From an uncultured Acidimicrobiales bacterium (GTDB taxonomy: Bacteria; Actinomycetota; Acidimicrobiia; Acidimicrobiales; UBA10347): 20,000 nucleotides of DNA. The position numbers and the translations under genes are program-made. How positions within the stretch are numbered: the first letter of the stretch is position 1; every line of letters starts with the position of its first letter. The DNA lies in contig CALSSD010000003.1 of NCBI GenBank assembly GCA_943788915.1, forward strand, positions 496,479 to 516,478, written 5' to 3'. Shown in pieces: positions 9,423 through 17,745 of this stretch. The notes under the pieces are model-generated. The model was not told the DNA's origin and made no database searches. It saw nothing but the letters and a program-made list of their open reading frames with translations.

Positions 9423-9619
9423 CTAGAAACTTGCCACCCACGGTCGCTGCTGAGAACAACACCGGGTGATCGGGCCGCTCGTAACGCCAGAGACGCAGCG
9501 CACGTGTTCGGATTGAGCTCGCGAGTATCAGCGGGCTCGAGGCCTCGAGCACATGGTCACTAGCTCTCAACCAACCGACCGACCCTGTCGGAAACTCGCT
9601 AGTGGAAGCCAGGATGTCT

Positions 9620-9646
9620 GGGATCACACCGTTGGTGAGTGAACCC
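9620..9646 (-). terminator. Possible terminator hairpin just downstream of betA
   Basis: Imperfect inverted repeat GGGATCACACC-GTT-GGTGAGTGAACCC, with no U-tract. Confidence 0.3.
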
Positions 9647-9648
9647 CA

Positions 9649-11322
9649 CTACGCGAAGCGGCCGGCGTCGGGTGCCCGGTAGACGTCGACTTCTTCGGCA
9701 GGCAGTGGGTCCTTGCCCAGGATCATGTCAGCGCAGCGTTCGGCGATCATCATGACCGGTGCATAGATGTTGCCGTTGGTGACATTTGGCATGACAGATG
9801 CGTCGCAGACTCGCAGACCTTCGACTCCGTGCACTCGGAGTGTTGCTGGATCCACAACAGCCATGTCATCGGTGCCCATACGTGCGGTGCACGATGGGTG
9901 CAAGGCCGTCTCGGAATCAGACGCCACCCATTTGAGAATCTCTTCATCGGTCTCGACCGAAGGCCCCGGTGACACTTCGCCACCGTTGTACTTCTCGAAT
10001 GCCGGCTGTGTGAGCACCCGGCGAGCGGTGCGCACCGCTTCAATCCATTCCTTGCGATCGTTGCCGGTCGAGAGGTAGTTGAACTGCACCGCAGGATGCT
10101 CACGAGGATTCGTGGTTTTGATCTTGACCGTGCCACGGACATCGCTATACATCGGGCCAACGTGCACCTGGTAGCCGTGGCCCTCGGTGGCCTCTGACCC
10201 GTCGTACCGGATCGCGATCGGCAGGAAGTGAAACATCAGGTTGGGGTATTCGACCTCGTCGTTACTGCGCAGGAACGCGCCAGCTTCGAAATGGTTGGTC
10301 GCCGCTGGTCCTCGCCGGAAGAGCCATTGCAGGCCAATAAACGGCATACGCCACGTGGCGTTATACGGCTGCATGGAAACCGGTTCCTTGCACGCGTACT
10401 GGATGTAGACCTCGAGATGATCCTGCAAGTTTTCGCCGACACCCGGGAGCGCCGAAACAACGTCGATACCGAGTGACTTCAGGTGGTCCGGATCACCGAT
10501 TCCCGAGAGCTGAAGAAGCTGCGGCGAGTTGAACGCACCACCGCAGCTAATGATCTCGTTGCCTCGCACGGTGTGGGAGCGGCGGCCGCGGCGATACTCC
10601 ACGCCCACCGCACGATTGCCTTCGAACACAATCTTGTTGGCTTGGGCAAGGGTGAGCAACGTGAGGTTCGCCCGATCAAGCACCGGGTGCAGGTACGCAC
10701 GGGCGGCGCTCAGGCGACGGCCTCGGACCACGTTCTTGTCGAAGACCGCGAAACCTTCCTGCTGGTAGCCGTTGACATCACTCGTGCTATGAAAACCTGC
10801 TTGGGGACCGGCTTCGAGCCAGGCCGTGAACAGAGGGTTCTTCGCCGGACCGGTCTCGACCTTCAGCGGGCCGTCTTCGCCGCGCCACTCGTCGCCGCCG
10901 ACCAGGCGATTCTCCATTCGTTTGAAGTACGGCAAACAGTTCTCGTACGCCCAGTGCTCCATACCTGACTCGGCGGCCCACTTGTCGTAATCCATGGGAT
11001 TACCCCGCTGGAAGATCATGCCGTTGATGCTGCTGCTACCGCCCAAGACCTTGCCCCGGGCGTGGTATACCTTGCGGCCGTTCATAAACGGCTCGGGTTC
11101 ACTCTCGTACTTCCAGTCGTAGAACCGGCTTCCGATCGGGTACGTCAGCGCCGCTGGCATGTGGATGAAGACATCCCACTTCCAGTCCTTACGCCCCGCT
11201 TCGAGAACAAGCACTTCGTTGGCAGGATCGGCGCTCAGCCGGTTCGCCAACGCACACCCAGCGGACCCACCACCAATGATGATGTAGTCATACGTCTTGT
11301 CGGAGACCTTGGTGCGTGCCAT
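9649..11322 (-). CDS. betA: Choline dehydrogenase (GMC oxidoreductase)
   Basis: '[12 protein letters not shown]', 'IHMPAAL', '[14 protein letters not shown]', '[14 protein letters not shown]', 'HPSCTARMG' and 'GNIYAP'. ATG 11322 is preceded by TACCGT-N7. Confidence 0.92.
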   Translation of the reverse strand: MARTKVSDKTYDYIIIGGGSAGCALANRLSADPANEVLVLEAGRKDWKWDVFIHMPAALTYPIGSRFYDWKYESEPEPFMNGRKVYHARGKVLGGSSSINGMIFQRGNPMDYDKWAAESGMEHWAYENCLPYFKRMENRLVGGDEWRGEDGPLKVETGPAKNPLFTAWLEAGPQAGFHSTSDVNGYQQEGFAVFDKNVVRGRRLSAARAYLHPVLDRANLTLLTLAQANKIVFEGNRAVGVEYRRGRRSHTVRGNEIISCGGAFNSPQLLQLSGIGDPDHLKSLGIDVVSALPGVGENLQDHLEVYIQYACKEPVSMQPYNATWRMPFIGLQWLFRRGPAATNHFEAGAFLRSNDEVEYPNLMFHFLPIAIRYDGSEATEGHGYQVHVGPMYSDVRGTVKIKTTNPREHPAVQFNYLSTGNDRKEWIEAVRTARRVLTQPAFEKYNGGEVSPGPSVETDEEILKWVASDSETALHPSCTARMGTDDMAVVDPATLRVHGVEGLRVCDASVMPNVTNGNIYAPVMMIAERCADMILGKDPLPAEEVDVYRAPDAGRFA

Positions 11323-11372
11323 CGTGCGTACGGTATCGAATCGCACCTGTGCGCGGTGTCGGCACGAATTCT

Positions 11373-12206
11373 TCAGCTGAATGTCAGCCTTCGATCAGTT
11401 GCGACAGCGACTCGATGCATCACCCGGCGGTGCGGGAGATAGTCGGCCACGGCGTAGTGCTGCGTACCCCGGTTGTCCCAGATGGCAATGGTGTTCGGGC
11501 GCCACCGCAGGCGGACATGGTGTTCTGGTCGGTTCGTAGTATCGAACAACATGGTGAGGAGCCGGGCTGACTCTGGCGCGGACATGCCAATAATCCAACG
11601 AGTGAACGACTCGCTGACATTCAGATACGGGCGTTCGCTTACCGGATGATGAGCCACCACAGGGTGCACTGCCATCCCAGCTGACCCCATCGCCTGGATG
11701 ATGCCAGCGTTGCCGCCCTGTGCATACGCACCGGTGCGAAAGGCACCCATGTCATGAACCACTTCAAGCTCAGCGAGCTCACTCTTGAGCCCGTTGCTCA
11801 GGCTCTCATAGACCGCGTGCATGCTTGCCCACAACGTGTCACCCCCGACTGGAGGAACCTCGACCGCCTTCAAGATCGAGGCGAACGGCGGCTGTTCGCG
11901 ATACGTCATGTCGCTGTGCCACTCGGCCGCATCGGGTTTGTCGTCACCTTGCCACGTCAGCACGACGACGTCGCTCGATTCGACATGAGTGACATAACTG
12001 TGGTGGCGAGCCCCAAGCTCGCCTAACGATCGCCCGAGTGCCACAAGATCGGCCGGCCCAAGATCCGTTTCATGAAGGAAAACAACCTGGTGTGCAATCA
12101 GCGAGTCGTACAACGAATCAACGAACTGTTCGTCGGTGATGGCTGCGGCGCTAACTCCGGAGAGTTCGGCCCCAAGGGCGGGCGTGAGCCGCTCAGCAGA
12201 AAGCAT
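11373..12206 (-). CDS. TauD/TfdA-family Fe(II)/2-oxoglutarate dioxygenase
   Basis: 'LTPALGAE', HxD in 'WHSDMTY', 'GGDTLWASM', 'HPVVAHHP' and '[13 protein letters not shown]...RVMHR'. ATG 12206 is preceded by TACGCT-N6. Confidence 0.9.
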   Translation of the reverse strand: MLSAERLTPALGAELSGVSAAAITDEQFVDSLYDSLIAHQVVFLHETDLGPADLVALGRSLGELGARHHSYVTHVESSDVVVLTWQGDDKPDAAEWHSDMTYREQPPFASILKAVEVPPVGGDTLWASMHAVYESLSNGLKSELAELEVVHDMGAFRTGAYAQGGNAGIIQAMGSAGMAVHPVVAHHPVSERPYLNVSESFTRWIIGMSAPESARLLTMLFDTTNRPEHHVRLRWRPNTIAIWDNRGTQHYAVADYLPHRRVMHRVAVATDRRLTFS

Positions 12207-12279
12207 CCGCGCAGCGTACAACTCCGCTCACGTGCCATGTTTTGGACGAGGGGAAGGTGCCGCCTCTAGGTTTGAAGCC

Positions 12280-13170
12280 ATGACGGCTACGGCAACACAA
12301 CAACCCAAGGTGCTCACCTCGGACCAGGTCGAGGCCTATCACGAACGTGGGTACCTGCTGATCGAAGGTGCCGTCAGCGATACGTGGCTGAAGCGCCTGC
12401 AGGCTGCCAGCGAGGAGTTCGTTGACGAGAGCCGCTCCCTGACGGAAAGCACGAGGAAGCTCGACCTCGACCCCTCACACACCCCAGAGGATCCACGACT
12501 ACGACGACTAACCAGCCCGGTCGAACATCACGTCGTATTCGCCGAATTCACGCTGCAGGGTCCAGCTGCTCAGATTGCGCTTGACCTGCTTGGATCACCT
12601 GCCCGGTACCACCACTCAAAACTCAACTACAAGTGGTCGGGCGGCGGCGAAGCGGTCGAATGGCATCAGGACATCCAGTACTGGCCCCACACCGACTTCA
12701 CCCCGCTCACCATCGGCGTGTACCTAAACGACGTCGACGACGAGATGGGGCCAATGGGCATCGTGCCAGGCAGCCACACCGGCGAGCTCTACAACCTGTA
12801 CGCCGACGACAACACCACCTGGACCGGCTCGATCCGGGACCAAGACCTGCACAAGGTCGACCTTGCTTCGGCCGAGTATCTCAAGGGCCCCGCTGGCTCG
12901 ATCACGGTGCACAATTGCGGGTGTGTCCATGGCTCCATGCCAAATAACTCGGGTCGAGTCCGGCCGTTACTACTGCAGACGTACTCGGCTCATGGCAGCT
13001 ATCCCCTGCTCGGTGTCGGCGCCAATGGCGCAACCGGGAGGACCTCGGGCTTCTTGATCGGCCAAGGTGACCCTGCCCGCTCGCTCACCGTGAACGGACG
13101 CTCCATGCCTGCGGCTCCCGACTGGTCTCGTGGCGGCTACACCACCATCTTCGACGTCCAACAGGGGTAG
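12280..13170 (+). CDS. PhyH (phytanoyl-CoA dioxygenase) family Fe(II)/2OG dioxygenase
   Basis: 'LTSDQVEAYHERGYL', 'HHSKLNYK', 'WHQD', 'GPMGIVPGSH' and 'VHGSMPNNSGRVR'. ATG 12280 is preceded by TAGGTT-N7. Confidence 0.9.
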   Translation: MTATATQQPKVLTSDQVEAYHERGYLLIEGAVSDTWLKRLQAASEEFVDESRSLTESTRKLDLDPSHTPEDPRLRRLTSPVEHHVVFAEFTLQGPAAQIALDLLGSPARYHHSKLNYKWSGGGEAVEWHQDIQYWPHTDFTPLTIGVYLNDVDDEMGPMGIVPGSHTGELYNLYADDNTTWTGSIRDQDLHKVDLASAEYLKGPAGSITVHNCGCVHGSMPNNSGRVRPLLLQTYSAHGSYPLLGVGANGATGRTSGFLIGQGDPARSLTVNGRSMPAAPDWSRGGYTTIFDVQQG

Positions 13171-13180
13171 TTCGGGTCGC

Positions 13181-13208
13181 GCACACCAGGGGTTCGACCC
13201 CCGTGTGC
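13181..13208 (+). terminator. GC-rich hairpin after phyH
   Basis: GCACAC-CA-GGGG-TTCGA-CCCC-C-GTGTGC, starting 10 nt after the stop codon. Confidence 0.45.
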
Positions 13209-13556
13209 ACTGCCGAGAGCTGGACCCGAGCACCAATCGTGCACACCGACGGACAGGGAAATGTCATTGGCCTTCGGTTCTCGAACCAGCTGATGCAACC
13301 CATGTCGCCGTTCGACCCGGAAGTGCAGCCGTTCTATGAGGCGTATCACCTGCTGGCCACCGCCATCAACGACCCGGCAAACCAGATCGGGTTTCGCGCC
13401 CATGCTGGCACCATGCAGTTTGTGCATGGCCACCGGGTGCTGCATGCTCGTCGAGCCTTTGATGGCGCGAGTGGTGTACGCCATCTGCAAGACACATACT
13501 TTGACTACGACGATGTCGCCTCGCTCGTCGCCTTGATCTCTGGAGAAGCCCGATGA
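13203..13556 (+). pseudogene. C-terminal fragment of a gamma-butyrobetaine hydroxylase/TmpA-like dioxygenase
   Basis: 'PIVHTDGQGNVIGLRFSNQL..P....FYEAY', 'HRVLHARRAF' and 'RHLQDTY.D.D' match the C-terminus of the BBOX/TMLH family. It is only 117 codons and lacks the HxD motif and the N-terminal domain. Confidence 0.78.
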
Positions 13557-14152
13557 CAGCAATGCCGAAACCGCAACCGCGGACCGTCTCGTGGACATCG
13601 ATGCAAGACGGCGATCAAGCCGACTACGAACTGCTGACCCCGCTGTTCGAAGAACATGCTCGGGCTGCGCTGGTCGACAATCTGACCACCATGCTGGACA
13701 TGCTGAAGGGGCCCACACTCGGCTATCAGATCGATCGCTACGACCACTCCTTGCAATCGGCTACACGAGCGTTCCGCAATGGTGAACGGGTCGACCTGGT
13801 CGTTGGCGCGTTGCTGCACGATGTCGCCGATGCGTTTGCACCCGAGAACCACAGTGATGCTGCCGCGGCGCTACTTGCCCCGTATGTCGACGAAGAAACC
13901 CACTGGGTCGTGAAACACCACGGCATCTTCCAGGGGTACTACTACTTCCATCATCTCGGCGGCGACCGCAACGCACGCGACCGTTACCACGACAGTCCCC
14001 ACTACGACGCGTGTGCGCACTTCTGCGCCGAATACGACCAGAACTGCTTTGATCCGAACTACGAGAACATGACCATCGAGGACTTCGCACCGATGCTCGA
14101 CGAAGTATTTACCCGCCCATCGCAAGTCCCGGGTGTAGCCCCACTGGTATAG
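13553..14152 (+). CDS. HD-domain protein, PhnZ/TmpB-related (putative diiron oxygenase or phosphohydrolase)
   Basis: 'DHSLQSATRA', 'ALLHD', 'ENHS', 'KHHG' and 'YDQ' give an H-HD-H-H-D ligand pattern. The start overlaps the upstream stop (ATGA). Confidence 0.85.
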   Translation: MTAMPKPQPRTVSWTSMQDGDQADYELLTPLFEEHARAALVDNLTTMLDMLKGPTLGYQIDRYDHSLQSATRAFRNGERVDLVVGALLHDVADAFAPENHSDAAAALLAPYVDEETHWVVKHHGIFQGYYYFHHLGGDRNARDRYHDSPHYDACAHFCAEYDQNCFDPNYENMTIEDFAPMLDEVFTRPSQVPGVAPLV

Positions 14153-14177
14153 GCCTGAACCCTGTGAAAGCGCCCAG

Positions 14178-15065
14178 TCAGGTCTGAAGCGACAGAACCT
14201 CGGAGACCGATTCGACCGCGGCGCTCCAATCCTCGGGAGGTTCGGCTGGGCGAATCACGAACTTGGAGAACCCCGCGTCGAGGAAGGCATGGATGCGCTC
14301 GGCAAGACCAGACGCTCCGCAGCCGATCGTGTGTGCAGGGTCAAAACCCGGCCGACGAGCTTCGACACTTGCGAGCAACTCATCGCTCATTGGCCGGTCG
14401 ACCCAAGACAGATTCATGCCGAAGTGTTCATCGTCGATGATCCGACCGGCAGCTGCCGCCTCGGCGAGCACGACCTCTCGCATGGCCGCGGCTTCGTCGG
14501 GAGAACACAGGCCCGGCATCCAACCCTCGCCGACCCGACCACACCGTTTCAACGCCGCTGGCACTTGGCCACCGAGCCAGACCTCGAGCGGGTCTTGCCG
14601 GGGACGTACCGCTAACTCGACGCCGTCGTAAGAAGAGAACTGACCTTTGAATTCGAGCGGTTCACCCGACCATAAGGTGCGCATGATGTGCAACGCCTCT
14701 TCGAGCATTGCCGAACGTTGCGAAGCCACAACCGACTGGGCATCAAGCTCATGTGGCTGACGCAGACCGAGCACGAAGAGCAACAACAACCGGCCATCAC
14801 TGAGCTGATCGAGTGTGGCCAGTTCCTTGGCCAAACGGACAGGGTCGCGACCAGGGACTATCAAGTGGGTGCCGAGCTTCAACCGTTCACGACGCCCCGC
14901 GGCGACACTTAGCGCAGCGACGGGGTCAAAGACGCTCGCGGTGATGACATCGGGAACCCACACAGAGTCGTAACCCAGATCATCGAGAGCGTCGACCAAC
15001 CGTAAGAACCCGTGGGGATCATCGGTTGCGCCGGCTCCGGCTGCGACGCCGATTCGTACCTTCAT
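14178..15065 (-). CDS. LLM-class flavin (possibly F420)-dependent oxidoreductase
   Basis: 'LGYDSVWVPD', 'DPVRLAKELATLDQLSDGRL', 'WLGG' and 'GEGWMP'. ATG is preceded by TAGCTT-N7. Confidence 0.88.
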   Translation of the reverse strand: MKVRIGVAAGAGATDDPHGFLRLVDALDDLGYDSVWVPDVITASVFDPVAALSVAAGRRERLKLGTHLIVPGRDPVRLAKELATLDQLSDGRLLLLFVLGLRQPHELDAQSVVASQRSAMLEEALHIMRTLWSGEPLEFKGQFSSYDGVELAVRPRQDPLEVWLGGQVPAALKRCGRVGEGWMPGLCSPDEAAAMREVVLAEAAAAGRIIDDEHFGMNLSWVDRPMSDELLASVEARRPGFDPAHTIGCGASGLAERIHAFLDAGFSKFVIRPAEPPEDWSAAVESVSEVLSLQT

Positions 15066-15145
15066 GAGGGCGAAGCTAGCTCGGCGCGCTGATCAGCGCC
15101 AGGACTCTCCCCGAAAGACACAGCTGGCGACCATTGGAGTAGCTC

Positions 15146-16480
15146 CTACTGGTTGAGCGGCTGCCCGCTAGGAACGCCCTGTTCGTTACGGCGTCGACGG
15201 GGAATGAGGTTGGCCGCAACCGACGAGGCTCGAGCCGGGAACGGCACATAACGGCGCTGGCGTTCTTTCGGCAGCGCGTCCTTGCTCACAATACGGGTCA
15301 AGATGTAGATGCCGATCACCGAGAAGATTGATGTAATCGACCAGAAGAACATGCGGGGCCCAAATGCTGCCATCAAGCCGCCTGCCAGCAACGGCCCGAC
15401 GATCGCGCCGCTTCCGTTGACTCGAACCAGCGTGCCGCTTGCTCCCAGAATCTCTTCTGCTTTGAGCCAGTCGTTCGTGTACGCGATCCCTAACGAATAG
15501 AACGGGAACATCGCTCCACCGATGAGGCCCATTGCCAACACTGCCACCATCGATTGTTCGCCGACTGCCAAGGCAACCAGAGGCGATGTCGCCGCTGCCG
15601 CCGCCACACCGAACATGATCCCACGGCGGGGAAACTTGTCCGACAACACACCGATCGGGAGCTGAAACAACAAGGCCCCAATCATTGGCGCAGTGACGAA
15701 CAGCGACAGCCGCCCAGCCGGCATACCCACCTGTGATGCATACACCGCGGACATACTGATGAGCGCTCCCGCTCCAGCCCCACTGAAGAATGAGGACATA
15801 ACACCAGTGGGCGCCCGACGCAGCAGCGGAGCCAACTTCATCGTTTCGGGCACGACCAACGGTGGAGTACTCGACGCAGAAAGTGCGACCGGCACCAGTG
15901 ACAACGAGACCAACACCGACGCCACGATGAACAGCGTGAAACCGGAGTTGTCGTTGACATTCAGAAGCAGCTGACCTGCACCGACACCTCCCATTGACAC
16001 GATCATGTACACCGACAGGATCCGACCTCTCGTGGCGTTGGTGGCCAGGTCGTTGAGCCACGATTCGACGACCACATAGATACCTGCCATGCAGGCGCCA
16101 AAAAGGAACCGGGTCATCATCCAGGTGATTGGCGAGATCGAGATGGCTTGCACCAATACAACACTCGAGGCCAACGACGCCAGCGCAGCGAATACTCGGA
16201 TGTGACCAACGCTCTTCAGCGCACGTTCGGCATAGGTGGTACCTACCAGGAAACCAACAAAGTATGCAGCCATGATTACGCCAGTGATGCTCAGGTCGAA
16301 GCCTGCAGCCTCACTTCGGACCCCGAGCAGCGAACCGTTCAGACCATTGCCGATCATGACCAACCCGAGCCCCAGAAAGAGAGCCCATGTTGCGGCAGCT
16401 ACCGACGGGCGGTGAAGCAGTTGGCTGGTTTCACGTTCGAGCTCATCATCGGCCGACGGTGTCGCCACCGCATCAACCAT
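15146..16480 (-). CDS. MFS transporter (YcaD-like)
   Basis: About 12 hydrophobic segments, with 'VGHIRVFAALAS', 'VVESWLN...TRGRILSVY' and 'PIGVLSDKFPRR'. Confidence 0.88.
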   Translation of the reverse strand: MVDAVATPSADDELERETSQLLHRPSVAAATWALFLGLGLVMIGNGLNGSLLGVRSEAAGFDLSITGVIMAAYFVGFLVGTTYAERALKSVGHIRVFAALASLASSVVLVQAISISPITWMMTRFLFGACMAGIYVVVESWLNDLATNATRGRILSVYMIVSMGGVGAGQLLLNVNDNSGFTLFIVASVLVSLSLVPVALSASSTPPLVVPETMKLAPLLRRAPTGVMSSFFSGAGAGALISMSAVYASQVGMPAGRLSLFVTAPMIGALLFQLPIGVLSDKFPRRGIMFGVAAAAATSPLVALAVGEQSMVAVLAMGLIGGAMFPFYSLGIAYTNDWLKAEEILGASGTLVRVNGSGAIVGPLLAGGLMAAFGPRMFFWSITSIFSVIGIYILTRIVSKDALPKERQRRYVPFPARASSVAANLIPRRRRNEQGVPSGQPLNQ

Positions 16481-16513
16481 GACTCCTGCCGATATCTCGG
16501 CGACCAGAGCTGG

Positions 16514-17392
16514 TCACAACTCAACATCATTCTGCGGGTGAAATCCTTCGACGAGCTGCCCTAATAATGCTCGCACCGCTGACTCGCGTGAACGTTGCGA
16601 GCGACGGGCAACAAGTTTTACTTCGGGAAGTCCGTCGGGAAGTCCAAGTTCCTCGCCGCGGACTACAGCGTCGGCAGCAACCGGATGGTTTACGTTGAGC
16701 ACGGCCACACCTAAACCGGCTTCGACTGCGGCAATTACCCCCGCGGTGCTCTCACACTCGACAACAACGATGCTCCCGAACCCGACGTCGCGGAGCAGCC
16801 CTTCGACGATCGGGCGGTAAAACCCCCGTGGACCAAAGGTGATGAGCGGAACCGAGCCGTCGGGCTCAAGCGTGAGGTCGGGCGAGGCGAACCAGCCAAG
16901 CCGGTCGTGACGCAAAATAACGTCGTTCTCTTTGACGTCGTCGGCGAGCACTTGGATGATCGCGAGATCAAGTTCACCAGCTCGCAGCCACGCTCCGACC
17001 ACACTGCTCAACCCGATTCGGGTGCGAACCCTCACTTTGGGGTGTTCGATACGGAAGGCACGAATACTGTCGGCCACCTGATTGATCTGTGGCTCATCGT
17101 TACATCCAAGCCGCACCGTGCCGGTCAGCTCTCGCAACTTCAGGCTGGCGACGGCCTCGTCATGTGCCATCAGAATACGTTCCGCATGTGCCAGCAGTTC
17201 GTGACCCATCTCGGTGGGTTCAATCGATTTGCCATCACGTACGAGAAGCGCGTGACCAAGCCGTTCTTCGAGCCGTTTGATCTTCCAGCTGACAGCTGAC
17301 TGAGTCAGATGAAGGCGCGCTGCTGCGCCAGTGAAGCTTCCGGCCTCGACGATTGCTCGCAGAGTACGCAACGAGTCAATGTCGAGTCGCAC
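16514..17392 (-). CDS. LysR-family transcriptional regulator
   Basis: HTH 'LRTLRAIVEAGSFTGAAARLHLTQSAVSWKIKRLEERLG', 292 aa. GTG is preceded by TAGGAT-N6. Confidence 0.93.
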   Translation of the reverse strand: MRLDIDSLRTLRAIVEAGSFTGAAARLHLTQSAVSWKIKRLEERLGHALLVRDGKSIEPTEMGHELLAHAERILMAHDEAVASLKLRELTGTVRLGCNDEPQINQVADSIRAFRIEHPKVRVRTRIGLSSVVGAWLRAGELDLAIIQVLADDVKENDVILRHDRLGWFASPDLTLEPDGSVPLITFGPRGFYRPIVEGLLRDVGFGSIVVVECESTAGVIAAVEAGLGVAVLNVNHPVAADAVVRGEELGLPDGLPEVKLVARRSQRSRESAVRALLGQLVEGFHPQNDVEL

Positions 17393-17516
17393 GCGCGGAT
17401 CCTACAGATTACATGAAGCAACGCAAGCACTTCTTTTGCAGTACCGTCGCGACATGGCTTGGTTTCGTTTGCGACGACAGCACCAACGAAACCGCGACTA
17501 TCACAGTGCACCAGTC

Positions 17517-17738
17517 ATGAGCACAAGCCGTGTGACCAGAGATGTCGTTGGCCCGACGGGTTGGCTCATGTCCAACGCATGGGATGAGCTCGCTCAACAC
17601 GGCGAGGCATACAAACAATCTTTCGATCGGCGACTGCCACCGAGCCTGTTTGTCTCAGAACGTGATCGGACTCGAGCGAAGCAGCCAATGCCCCTGTCCG
17701 AACGCTGTATCGAGGACTACCACACCCGCCGGAAATAG
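17517..17738 (+). CDS. Small hypothetical protein (73 aa) divergent from lysR
   Basis: ATG 17517 to TAG 17738 fills the gap between lysR and the converging gene. No family recognised. Confidence 0.45.
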   Translation: MSTSRVTRDVVGPTGWLMSNAWDELAQHGEAYKQSFDRRLPPSLFVSERDRTRAKQPMPLSERCIEDYHTRRK

Positions 17739-17745
17739 GAGCGGG

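Noticed and set aside
9379..9627. 82-aa minus-strand ORF and the palindrome GCTCGAGGCCTCGAGC in the vapC-betA gap
   Set aside because: No recognisable motif or RBS, and it overlaps vapC. There is not enough support.
9649..11322. Choline oxidase (codA) as the explanation for the missing betB
   Set aside because: The sequence has BetA-type 'SSSINGM' and not the His used for covalent FAD attachment in choline oxidase.
12280..13170. Calling the PhyH protein ectD or phnY
   Set aside because: It lacks the EctD signature WHSDFETWH and no ect genes are present. PhnY orthology cannot be shown without a search.
13181..13214. tRNA fragment or att site (GGTTCGA resembles a T-loop)
   Set aside because: No proper T-stem/acceptor geometry or CCA, and no integrase. 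A simple hairpin explains it.
13553..14152. Naming the HD gene phnZ or tmpB
   Set aside because: The phosphonate-binding motifs typical of those enzymes are not visible.
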